A stretch of DNA of 64,000 bases from Polyangiales bacterium (GTDB lineage: Bacteria; Myxococcota_A; Polyangia; Polyangiales; Ga0077539): NCBI GenBank assembly GCA_044229975.1, contig JBGARZ010000010.1, positions 96,001 to 160,000 of the forward strand. The letters are read 5' to 3'. The translations under genes were made by a program, and so were the position numbers. Below the pieces are notes generated by a model. That model was given only the letters and a program-made list of their open reading frames with translations, did not search any database and had not been told where the DNA came from. This document shows, piece after piece, positions 17,913-26,786 of this stretch (positions are counted from its first letter, which is position 1; the number at the start of each line of letters is the position of its first letter).

Positions 17913-20900
17913 GTGTTCAAGTACATCTTCGCGTTCCTGGTCATCGCCATCGCGTGGGCGGCGGCCTTCATCCTGGGGGAGCGCCTGCCCCACGGCTTCA
18001 ACATCGCCGTGGCCGTCACCGTCGTCACGGTGCTGGTGCTGGTCGGCCTCATCGCGTACCGGAAGTACCGCGCCCGCAAGGCCGCCCGGGAGATCGAGAA
18101 GGCCCTCAACGCCCAGGCCGAGGAGCACGCCCGCACGGTGCGCCCCGAGCAGCAGGCGGAGGTGCGCGCGATGCAGGCGGAGGTCACCCGCGCCATCGCC
18201 TCGCTCAAGTCCTCCAAGCTCGGGAAGAGCGGCGCCGAAGCCCTCTACGCGCTGCCCTGGTACGTCATCATCGGGCCGCCCGGCTCCGGCAAGACCACGG
18301 CGCTCCGCAACTCGGGGTTGCAGTTCCCGTACATGTCCCAGAACGGCGGTGGCGTCCGCGGTGTGGGCGGAACGCGTAACTGCGAGTGGTGGCTCACCAA
18401 CGAGGCCGTGCTGCTCGACACCGCCGGTCGCTACATGACCGCCGACGACGACCGCGACGAGTGGCTGTCGTTCCTCGACCTCTTGCGCAAGCACCGGCCG
18501 GAGAAGCCCCTCAACGGCGTCATCGTGGCCGTCAGCGTGGCGGAGATTCTCGGCGCTCGCGAGCACGAGATCGAGGCCGTCGCCAAGCGCGTGCGCGAGC
18601 GCGTCGACGAGGTGATGGGCCAGCTCCAGATGACCATGCCGGTCTATCTGCTCTTCACCAAGACCGACCTCGTCTCGGGCTTCAGCGAGTTCTTCGGCGA
18701 CCTGCGGAAGAACGAGCGCGGTCAGATCTGGGGCTTCACGTGGCCGCTCAACCAGCAGCTCCAGTCGCCCGGCGCGGCCTTCGGTGAGCGCTTCGACGAG
18801 CTGGTGAAGGTCGCCGATCAGCGCAAGTTCCGCCGCCTCGCGGGCGAGCAGAAGCTCGAAGTGCGCGAGCAGGTGTTCCAGTTTCCGCAGCAGCTCGCGG
18901 GCGTCAAAGCCAACCTCGCCGACTTCGTCGAGAACCTCTTCTCGTCCAACGTCTACCAGGGCGCGCCCAACTTCCGCGGCGTGTACTTCACGTCGGGAAC
19001 GCAAGAGGGCCGGCCCATCGACCGGCTCACCCAGAAGCTCCGCGACACCCTCGGGCTGCCGCAGACCGCGGCCCCCGCGCCGACCGTCACCGAGGCCAAG
19101 AGCTTCTTCCTCCGCGACGTGTTCGCGCGGGTGATCTTCCCCGACGCCGACGTCGCCGCGCGCAGCCCGGAGGAGATCCGTCGGCAGCGTCGGCAACGCT
19201 ACCTCGTCGCCGCGGGTGCCTTCGCCACGGCGCTGCTCATCCTCACCATCCCGGCCATCGCCTACGTCGAGAACCGCGACTTCGTCCGCGAGTCCGGCGC
19301 CGAGGTCGAGCGCATCGCCGCCAACGCGGGTCAGCCCAACGCGGCGCCGCTCACCCTCGCCGAGCTCGAGCCCGTGCGCCTGCGCGTCGAGCAGCTCCGC
19401 AAGTGGGAGACCGGGGCGGAGTTCATCCCGCTCTACATGCGCTTCGGCATGTACCGCGGCCACGACATCTACCCCGACGTTCGTCGGCTGTACTCGGCCG
19501 CCCTGCGGCGCCGGGTCATCGAGCCGCTCGCCCAGCGCGACGTGCGCGGGATGAGGGACTTCGTGGCGGCGCACCCCGCGGGCACCGTCGCGACGCAGCC
19601 CGAGCGCACCGCCGAGTACGACCTGCTCAAGACGCACATCCTGTTGAGCCCGGCCACGCCGCGCGCGGCGGGTGAGCCCGACACCGACGCGCAGAAGGCC
19701 TTCCTGACGCGCGTGCTGGTAGCAGCCTGGTCGGCGGGGGCGCCGCAGTCGCCGGCCGACCTCGCGGCGCGCACGGCCAACGTCTCGGCCTACCTCGACC
19801 AGCTCAAGGACCACCCGCAGGAGCTCGCGCTCCCGCGCGACGCCAACACCGTGCGGTCGGTGCGCGAGGTGCTCAACCGCACGTCGAGCGTCGACCTCGC
19901 GCTCGAAGGCATCATCAGCGCCGTCACGCCGATGGGCTTCGACATCACGCTGACGCGCGCCGTCGGCCGCTCGCCCGAGCACATCTTCCAGGTGGGCCCG
20001 GTGGAGGGTCGCACCGTGCGCGGTGCCTTCACCCGCCGCGGCTGGGAAGAGTACGTGCGCGACCGGCTCAACGCCGCGCCCGAGGAGATCGTCGGCGAGG
20101 CCTGGGTGCTGGGGCAGAACCCCAACATCGACCGCACCGCGCGCCTCGCGGACGCCCTCGCTGACGTGCGCTCGCAGTACTTCCAGCAGTACATCGCCGA
20201 GTGGAGAAACTTCCTCGCGAGCCTCCGGGTGCGCGAGCCGGGCGACCCCATCATGGCGCTCCAGATGCTCCAGTGGTTCACGCAGGGCGGCTCGCCGGCC
20301 TACGAGTTCCTGATGCGGACGGTGGCGGAAAACACCCGCCTGCTCGACCCGCAGAGCGCGGCCGCCAACGCGGCGGGCAGCAGCCTGCTCGGGGCGGCCC
20401 AGCAGATGGCCAACGCGCGCTTGCAGTCGCAGGGGCGCACCGGCATGGCGGCCAGCAACGCCGCCAACTCGGCGCTCGCGGCCCGCAACGGGCAGACGGG
20501 CTTCGTGGCCGACGCGCGCCGCCGCCGGGAGGACGTCGAAAACGACGCGCTCCTGCACGGCATCGTGGAGTTCGGCGTGCCCCCGACGCCGCCTCCGCCC
20601 GCGGCCGCCGCGGCCGGCGCTCCGCCCGCTCCGCCGCCCGCTCCGGCGGGCCCGACGGCGCTGCGTGAGTACCAGGAGCAGCTCGCGTTCGTGCGCGACG
20701 CGCTCCAGACCCACGTCGACAACCCGGTGGCTCCGTCGGCGCCGCTCATCACGGCGCTCCAGACGGCGCAGACCCGCGTCGAGGCGCTCATCAACGGCGC
20801 CGCCGTCGACGCCCGCCCGGTGCTCCGCAACCTGCTGCCGCCGCCCATCGAGTTCACCGTCCGCCGCGCCACCGGGGCGCTCGCGGGCGCGGGGTCGGAC

Positions 20901-21746
20901 CGCTGGTGCAGCGCCGTGGTGGTGCCGTACGCGCGCACCCTCCACAACCGCTACCCCTTCTCGGCCAGCGGGCAGGACGCGGCGCTCAGCGACGTCGCGG
21001 ATTTCTACCGTCCCACGCGCGGCGCTGTGTGGGCGTTCTACACGGAAGCGCTGACCACGGACGTCACCCGTCAGGGCGACCAGTACGACTTCGTTACGCG
21101 TCTCGGCAGCGACATGGCCGACAACTGGCGCCCTGAGCTGCGCACCTTCCTCAACCGCTCGCAGGACCTCTCCACGGTGCTCTTCCCGGCTGGTGCCGAG
21201 GGGCCGCGCGTGGACTTCGAGGTGCGCCTGCGCGCGACGCCCTCCATCGCGGAGCTCACCTTCTCCGTCGACGGCGAGTCGCTCCAGTACCGCAACGGCC
21301 CGCCCGAGTGGCGGCAGTTCCACTGGCCCGGAGCGGGCGCGGTGCGCGGCGCCAAGATCCGCGCGCGCGGCCTCAACGGCACCGACGAGACCATCGAGCA
21401 GGAGGGCGAGTGGGGCCTCTTCCGTCTGTTCGAAGCGGGCGTCGTGCGGGGCTCTCCCGAGGCCCGCATCTTCTCGGTGGTCTGGCGCCTGCGCGACCAG
21501 GACATCGAGGTCGGCGTGGACATCCGCCCGGCCCGCAGCGAGAACCCCTTCTTCGGGGTTCCGCGCGCGGACAACGCCACGGTGGGGCGCTTCCTGCTGC
21601 CCTTCCGCGCCGAGGGCGTAACGGCGCCGCACCCCATCGCCCGCCGCGGCAACCCGTGCAACCTCTCGGGCGTTCCGGGCATGCCGTCGGCCCCCGACGA
21701 CGAAGGCTCGCGTCGTCGCCGTCGTCGCCGTCACAGCGACGGCTGA
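17913..21746 (+). CDS. tssM: T6SS membrane subunit TssM (IcmF)
   Basis: N-terminal TMs; LPWYVIIGPPGSGKTT; CEWW...LLDTAGRY; FRGVYFTSGTQEG; GEWGLFRLF. Confidence 0.96.
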   Translation: MFKYIFAFLVIAIAWAAAFILGERLPHGFNIAVAVTVVTVLVLVGLIAYRKYRARKAAREIEKALNAQAEEHARTVRPEQQAEVRAMQAEVTRAIASLKSSKLGKSGAEALYALPWYVIIGPPGSGKTTALRNSGLQFPYMSQNGGGVRGVGGTRNCEWWLTNEAVLLDTAGRYMTADDDRDEWLSFLDLLRKHRPEKPLNGVIVAVSVAEILGAREHEIEAVAKRVRERVDEVMGQLQMTMPVYLLFTKTDLVSGFSEFFGDLRKNERGQIWGFTWPLNQQLQSPGAAFGERFDELVKVADQRKFRRLAGEQKLEVREQVFQFPQQLAGVKANLADFVENLFSSNVYQGAPNFRGVYFTSGTQEGRPIDRLTQKLRDTLGLPQTAAPAPTVTEAKSFFLRDVFARVIFPDADVAARSPEEIRRQRRQRYLVAAGAFATALLILTIPAIAYVENRDFVRESGAEVERIAANAGQPNAAPLTLAELEPVRLRVEQLRKWETGAEFIPLYMRFGMYRGHDIYPDVRRLYSAALRRRVIEPLAQRDVRGMRDFVAAHPAGTVATQPERTAEYDLLKTHILLSPATPRAAGEPDTDAQKAFLTRVLVAAWSAGAPQSPADLAARTANVSAYLDQLKDHPQELALPRDANTVRSVREVLNRTSSVDLALEGIISAVTPMGFDITLTRAVGRSPEHIFQVGPVEGRTVRGAFTRRGWEEYVRDRLNAAPEEIVGEAWVLGQNPNIDRTARLADALADVRSQYFQQYIAEWRNFLASLRVREPGDPIMALQMLQWFTQGGSPAYEFLMRTVAENTRLLDPQSAAANAAGSSLLGAAQQMANARLQSQGRTGMAASNAANSALAARNGQTGFVADARRRREDVENDALLHGIVEFGVPPTPPPPAAAAAGAPPAPPPAPAGPTALREYQEQLAFVRDALQTHVDNPVAPSAPLITALQTAQTRVEALINGAAVDARPVLRNLLPPPIEFTVRRATGALAGAGSDRWCSAVVVPYARTLHNRYPFSASGQDAALSDVADFYRPTRGAVWAFYTEALTTDVTRQGDQYDFVTRLGSDMADNWRPELRTFLNRSQDLSTVLFPAGAEGPRVDFEVRLRATPSIAELTFSVDGESLQYRNGPPEWRQFHWPGAGAVRGAKIRARGLNGTDETIEQEGEWGLFRLFEAGVVRGSPEARIFSVVWRLRDQDIEVGVDIRPARSENPFFGVPRADNATVGRFLLPFRAEGVTAPHPIARRGNPCNLSGVPGMPSAPDDEGSRRRRRRRHSDG

Positions 21747-21772
21747 ACCCTCCGCCAACCGCTCAACCAGTC

Positions 21773-22711
21773 ATGTCATCCGCCGCGGCTGATCGGGACG
21801 CGCTCGGTGTGTACGGGAAGATCCCGGCCCAGGGGGACTTCGTCCGCATCAACGCCTCCGACCAGGCCGCGCAGTCGCTCGACGTGTGGATCCAGGAGGG
21901 CCTCGAAACCCTCCACCGCATGGGCGCTCCCTTCCCCACCGAGCCGCTCTACTTCCTGCACCACGGTCACCCGTCGCTGCCCGCCACCGTCGGCGCGATG
22001 ATCGCCAGCCACGACAGCGTCGGGCGCGTCTACCCGATGACGGTGTTTGCGCGCGTCGACCCGACGTGGCTCGCCACGCGCTGGTCGGGCGCGCCGCTCG
22101 GGTACGGGCTCTTCCTGCGCGACGCGACGCGCATCCTCCACGACCTCGGGCGGGCCGACGCGCAGCTCCTCGCCGCGTGGTCACGCAACCTCCGCCTTCC
22201 GTCCGCGCACGACCTCGCGCAGGTCGACGTGGTCTGCATGCACGCGCTCCAGAACTTCACCGGCGCGCAGGTGCTGCCCCGGATGACCGGCGACCCCAAC
22301 GCCTCGACCTGCTGGTACGCGATCAAGACCGCCGTCGACGCGTGCGACACCGCGCGCGCCCGACCGAGCCGCACGCCCATCGTGCTCGACGGTCCGCTCA
22401 CGGGTGACCTCGACCTCTTCGCGTGGTTGGAGCTCATGCGCCGACGGTTGCAGGGCGCGTTCGTGCCGACGGTGCTGTGGCGCGAGTCGGCGCCCGCCCG
22501 GATGCTCGCGTGCGTGGGCCCGCCGTCGGGCGTTCTCTTGCGCTACCTCGTAAACCCCGAGGACAACGCCCCGCAGCACTGGCCCCTGTGGACCAACCGC
22601 GCCGAGGCCGTGGCGCTCGCGCGGCAGGGCCTCTCGCCCGCGCACCAGGCCGCCATCGCGCAGTGGAACGCTCCGCTGGAATCGCTTCTCTCTGCCCTTG
22701 GGTGGGCTTAG
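21773..22711 (+). CDS. tagF: T6SS-associated regulator TagF (ImpM)
   Basis: GVYGKIPAQGDFV and SHDSVGRVYP motifs. Confidence 0.9.
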   Translation: MSSAAADRDALGVYGKIPAQGDFVRINASDQAAQSLDVWIQEGLETLHRMGAPFPTEPLYFLHHGHPSLPATVGAMIASHDSVGRVYPMTVFARVDPTWLATRWSGAPLGYGLFLRDATRILHDLGRADAQLLAAWSRNLRLPSAHDLAQVDVVCMHALQNFTGAQVLPRMTGDPNASTCWYAIKTAVDACDTARARPSRTPIVLDGPLTGDLDLFAWLELMRRRLQGAFVPTVLWRESAPARMLACVGPPSGVLLRYLVNPEDNAPQHWPLWTNRAEAVALARQGLSPAHQAAIAQWNAPLESLLSALGWA

Positions 22712-22749
22712 CCTCCCGTCCCCTCGCACAACCCTACGACACGGTGGTC

Positions 22750-24486
22750 ATGGACGTCGAAGAACTCCGCTCACGCGCGCAGCCCTGGACCGCACCGATC
22801 TCCGACGCGCAGCCCGCGGGCACCAACGCGTCGGCCGACCCGCAGTACGCCGAGCTGCGCGACGAGGTGGCCAAGCGCGACTCGCCGACGGGCGGACAGA
22901 TCCAGTGGCGCAAGGTCATCGACAACGCCACGGAGGTTCTCCAGAACCGCTCGAAAGACCTGCTGGTGGCGTCGTACATGGCCTTCGGCCTGTACACGTC
23001 GCGGGGCCTCGACGGTCTGGTCACCGGGCTCTCGGTGCTCTCGGTGCTCATCGAGGACTACTGGACCACGGCGTACCCCGAAGCGAAGCGCATGCGCGGC
23101 CGGGTCAACGCCATCGAGTGGATCATCAAGAGCTGCGACACGGTGCTGCCCAACCTCGCCGTCGCCGAGAAGGATCGTAAGACCCTCAACGACCTCGACT
23201 TCGTCGCCAAGCACCTTGCGAAGGTCGCGCGTGAGAAGTTCGCGGACAGCTGCCCCGCGATGCGGCCGCTCACCGAGGGGGTGACGCGGTTGATGTTCAA
23301 CCTCCCGGCGGAGAAGGCACCGGAGCCGCCGCCGCCCCCGCCGTCGGCCGAGCCCGCGCCGCCTCCGCCCGTCGCCGCGCCGCCACCCGTCGCTGCGCCG
23401 CCGCCCGTCGCCGCGCCGCCGCCCGTCGCCGCGCCGCCGCCCGTCGCCGCTCCGCCACCCGTCGCGGCTGCGGTTGCAGTGGCGATGCCCGCCGCGGCGC
23501 CCGTCGCAGCGCCCGCCGACGCCAGCGCCGTCGTGCAGTTTCTCTCCGAGGTCGGCGCCAATGTCTTCAGCGCGTCAGGGACGCTGCGCAACGCCGACGC
23601 GACCAACCCGCTGTCGTACCGCATGGTGCGCCTCGGGCTGTACCTGCACCTCGTCGACCCTCCGCCTTCGGACAACGGCAAGTCCAAGGTGCCGGCGCCC
23701 AACCCGGCGCGCCGCGCGCAGCTCGCGAAGATCGCCGAGAACGGCAAGTGGGCCGCGCTGTTGGAGGAGACCGAGTCCGAGCTGCGGTCGGCGCGCTTCT
23801 GGCTCGACCTCCACCGGTACTCCGCGATGTCCCTCGCGGGCCTCGGCGCGACGCACCAGAAGGCCCACGCCGAGCTGCTGCGCGAGACGGCGCTGGTGCT
23901 CAAGCGCATGCCCGCGCTGGTGGACATGAGCTTCGTCGACGGGTCACCGTTTGCGAGCGACGAGACGAAGTCGTGGATCTCCTCCGAGGTGCTCGGCGCG
24001 CTCGGTGGTGGCGGCGGCGGCGGGATGTCGGCCTCGTCCGGTGGTGGTGGTGGTGCGGCGCGCGTGGTCGTCGTGCAGGGCGGCGGCGGTGGCGGTGGTG
24101 GCGAGGACGAGGCGGTGATCAACGAGGCGCGCACGCTGGCGACCTCGGGCAAGCTGCCGGACGCCATCGCGATGTTGCAGGGGCGCCTGGCGTCGGCGGG
24201 TTCGGCGGCGTCGCGCTACCGGGTGCGGCTCGGCATCGGGCAGGTGTGCATGGCGGCGGGGCAGGTGGCCCTGGCGCGCGCGGTGTTCGAGTCGACGGAG
24301 AAGGAGGTCGAGCGCTACGGGCTGGAGGAGTGGGATCCCGCGCTCGCGGCGGCCTCGTCCGAGGGCTTGTATGCGTGCTTGAAGTTGTTGGCCAAGGGGG
24401 GGAAAGCGATGCCCCCCGAGGCGGGCTTGCTTTATGATCGCGTCTGTCGTCTTGATCCCACGGCGGCGCTACGCCTCGGGGCTTGA
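22750..24486 (+). CDS. tssA: T6SS TssA (ImpA N-terminal domain plus VasJ-like C-terminus)
   Basis: PAGTNA...W..V......L...SKDLLVA; FWLDL; F.DGSPFASDETKSWI; LEEWDPAL. Confidence 0.92.
   Translation: MDVEELRSRAQPWTAPISDAQPAGTNASADPQYAELRDEVAKRDSPTGGQIQWRKVIDNATEVLQNRSKDLLVASYMAFGLYTSRGLDGLVTGLSVLSVLIEDYWTTAYPEAKRMRGRVNAIEWIIKSCDTVLPNLAVAEKDRKTLNDLDFVAKHLAKVAREKFADSCPAMRPLTEGVTRLMFNLPAEKAPEPPPPPPSAEPAPPPPVAAPPPVAAPPPVAAPPPVAAPPPVAAPPPVAAAVAVAMPAAAPVAAPADASAVVQFLSEVGANVFSASGTLRNADATNPLSYRMVRLGLYLHLVDPPPSDNGKSKVPAPNPARRAQLAKIAENGKWAALLEETESELRSARFWLDLHRYSAMSLAGLGATHQKAHAELLRETALVLKRMPALVDMSFVDGSPFASDETKSWISSEVLGALGGGGGGGMSASSGGGGGAARVVVVQGGGGGGGGEDEAVINEARTLATSGKLPDAIAMLQGRLASAGSAASRYRVRLGIGQVCMAAGQVALARAVFESTEKEVERYGLEEWDPALAAASSEGLYACLKLLAKGGKAMPPEAGLLYDRVCRLDPTAALRLGA
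23362..23469 (+). repeat. 18-bp tandem repeat x6 (PPPVAA) in the tssA linker
   Basis: Six in-frame copies differing only at synonymous positions. Confidence 0.9.
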
Positions 24487-24570
24487 TCGTTCTTCAACCG
24501 CCCGGTACGCCATTCGACGCACCGGGTTCAACGGGTCTGCTGGCCAAGGCACTGAGAGGAAGGTACGGGC

Positions 24571-25068
24571 ATGTCGAAAGAGGGTTCAGTTGCTCCCAAG
24601 GAGCGGGTCAACATCGTCTACAAGCCGGCGACGGGCGGTGCCCAGGAGGAGGTCGAGCTCCCCCTGAAGATCATGATGGTGGGTGACTACACCCTCCGTC
24701 CCGACGACCAGGCCGTCGAGAACCGCAAGCCGATCAACATCGACAAGGACAACTTCAACCAGGTGCTCGGCGAGCAGAAGCTCGAGCTCAACCTGGGCGT
24801 CGCCGACAAGCTCTCCAACGAGCCCGGCGCGGAGATGGCCGTCAACCTGAAGTTCAAGAAGCTCTCGGACTTCACGCCCGAAGGCGTCGCCAACCAGGTG
24901 CCCGAGATGCGCAAGCTGATGGAGCTGCGCTCGGCCCTCAACGCCCTCAAGGGGCCGCTCGGCAACGTGCCGGCGTTCCGCAAGAAGATCCAGGGGCTCC
25001 TCGGCGACGAGGAGGGGCGCGCCAAGCTCATGTCGGAGCTCGGCCTCGGCGACAAGGGCGGCACCTGA
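24571..25068 (+). CDS. tssB: T6SS contractile sheath small subunit TssB
   Basis: SVAPKERVNIVY...ELPLK..VGDY; DFTPEGVANQVPE...LKGPLGNVPAFRK. Confidence 0.97.
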   Translation: MSKEGSVAPKERVNIVYKPATGGAQEEVELPLKIMMVGDYTLRPDDQAVENRKPINIDKDNFNQVLGEQKLELNLGVADKLSNEPGAEMAVNLKFKKLSDFTPEGVANQVPEMRKLMELRSALNALKGPLGNVPAFRKKIQGLLGDEEGRAKLMSELGLGDKGGT

Positions 25069-25113
25069 CACACCGTCTCGACACCAGAAATACACTGAGG
25101 AACAGAAGCACCC

Positions 25114-26595
25114 ATGAGTGACCTGAAGACCCAGTCCCAGGGCGGGACCGAGACGCTGGAGCAGGGTTCGCTGCTCGACGAGATCCTCAACGAAGGCAAG
25201 ATCAAGCCGAGCGAGGAGGGCTACGACGTCGTCCGCCGCGGCGTGCAGCACTTCATCGCGGAGATGCTCGCCCCCGGCCGTCAGACCGAGCGCATCGACA
25301 AGAACATCGTCGACGCGATGATCGCCGAGATCGACTCGCGGCTGTCGGCGCAGATCAACGCGATCCTGCACCACAGCGATTTCCAGAAGCTGGAGAGCGC
25401 CTGGCGCTCGCTGAAGTTCCTCGTCGACAAGGTGGACTTCCGCGAGAACATCAAGGTCGAGATGCTCAACTGCTCGAAGGAGGACCTCCTCAACGACTTC
25501 GAGGACTCCCCCGAGGTGCCGAAGAGCGGCCTCTACAAGATCGCCTACTCGCGCGAGTACGGCACCTTCGGCGGCAAGCCCCTCGGTCTGATGGTGGGCA
25601 ACTACGAGTTCGACGCGAGCCCGCAGGACATCTCGCTGATGCAGAAGATCGCTTCTGTCTCCGCGATGTCCCACGCGCCCTTCATCGCGGCGGCGTCCCC
25701 CAAGATGTTCGGTGAGAACTCCTGGGAAGCGCTCCCCAACATGAAGGACCTCAAGAGCCACTTCGAGGGTCCGCAGTACGCCCGCTGGCACGCGTTCCGC
25801 GAGAGCGAAGACGCGCGCTACGTCGGCCTCACGATGCCGCGCTTCCTGCTCCGCCTGCCGTACGGCGCGGAGACGGTCCCGGTGAAGTCCTTCAACTTCG
25901 AGGAGGACTCGACCGGGTCGCACGACAAGTACCTGTGGGGCAACGCCGCCGTCGCGATGGCGACGCGCGTGGCCGACTCGTTCGCGAAGTACCGCTGGTG
26001 TCCCAACATCATCGGCCCGCAGGCGGGCGGCACGGTGGAAGACCTGCCGCTGCACCAGTACCAGGCGATGGGCGAGATCCAGACGAAGATCCCGACGGAG
26101 GTTCAGCTCACGGAGCGCCGCGAGTACGAGCTGTCCGAAGAGGGCTTCATCGGGCTCACGTTCCGCAAGGACTCCAACAACGCGTGCTTCTTCTCGGCCA
26201 ACTCGGTGCAGAAGGCGAAGTACTTCGGCCAGAGCCCCGAAGGCCGCGAGGCGGAGACCAACTACCGCCTGGGCACCCAGCTCCCGTACATGTTCATCAT
26301 GAACCGCCTGGCGCACTACCTGAAGGTGCTCCAGCGCGAGCAGATCGGTTCGTGGAAGGAGCGCCCCGACCTGGAGCGCGAGCTCAACGCCTGGATCGGC
26401 CAGTACGTCGCGGACATGGACGACCCCGCTCCGGGCGTTCGTTCGCGCCGCCCGCTGCGCAAGGCCTCCATCGAGGTGAAGGAAGTCGAAGGCCAGCCGG
26501 GCTGGTACCGCTGCGACCTCAAGGTGCGCCCGCACTTCAAGTACATGGGCGCGGCCTTCACGCTCTCGCTCGTCGGCAAGCTCGACAAGGAGTGA
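25114..26595 (+). CDS. tssC: T6SS contractile sheath large subunit TssC
   Basis: ILHH..FQKLESAWRSL; PRFLLRLPYG; RLAHYLKVLQREQIGSWKE; RPHFKYMG. Confidence 0.97.
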   Translation: MSDLKTQSQGGTETLEQGSLLDEILNEGKIKPSEEGYDVVRRGVQHFIAEMLAPGRQTERIDKNIVDAMIAEIDSRLSAQINAILHHSDFQKLESAWRSLKFLVDKVDFRENIKVEMLNCSKEDLLNDFEDSPEVPKSGLYKIAYSREYGTFGGKPLGLMVGNYEFDASPQDISLMQKIASVSAMSHAPFIAAASPKMFGENSWEALPNMKDLKSHFEGPQYARWHAFRESEDARYVGLTMPRFLLRLPYGAETVPVKSFNFEEDSTGSHDKYLWGNAAVAMATRVADSFAKYRWCPNIIGPQAGGTVEDLPLHQYQAMGEIQTKIPTEVQLTERREYELSEEGFIGLTFRKDSNNACFFSANSVQKAKYFGQSPEGREAETNYRLGTQLPYMFIMNRLAHYLKVLQREQIGSWKERPDLERELNAWIGQYVADMDDPAPGVRSRRPLRKASIEVKEVEGQPGWYRCDLKVRPHFKYMGAAFTLSLVGKLDKE

Positions 26596-26786
26596 CGCCC
26601 GCGCGGGCGTGGCGCATCCTGCGGCTTACGTCCTCGCTCCCTCCCGCGGCGTAGCGCTGCTACGCCTTGGTCGGTCGCTGCGGGCGCGCTCGCAGGCTGC
26701 ATCCACGTCCGCACGGCGTCCCCGCTTCAGCCCGATCTCCCTCCAACACTCCCGCTCGCGGGGCGCGTGGTACCGTCCGCGCCCCG
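26595..26786. repeat. cluster of hairpins including a REP-like branched stem-loop (26614-26700)
   Basis: ACGCCCGCGCGGGCGT palindrome; GGCGTAGC-gct-GCTACGCC inside an outer stem; CGGGGCGCG...CGCGCCCCG just before the next ATG. Confidence 0.6.

Noticed and set aside
17829..21758. Long antisense and alternative-frame ORFs (e.g. 1309 aa opposite tssM, 843 aa at 6209, 809 aa at 48761)
   Set aside because: Shadow ORFs expected at high GC; Arg/Ala/Gly-rich, motif-free and overlapping well-supported genes.
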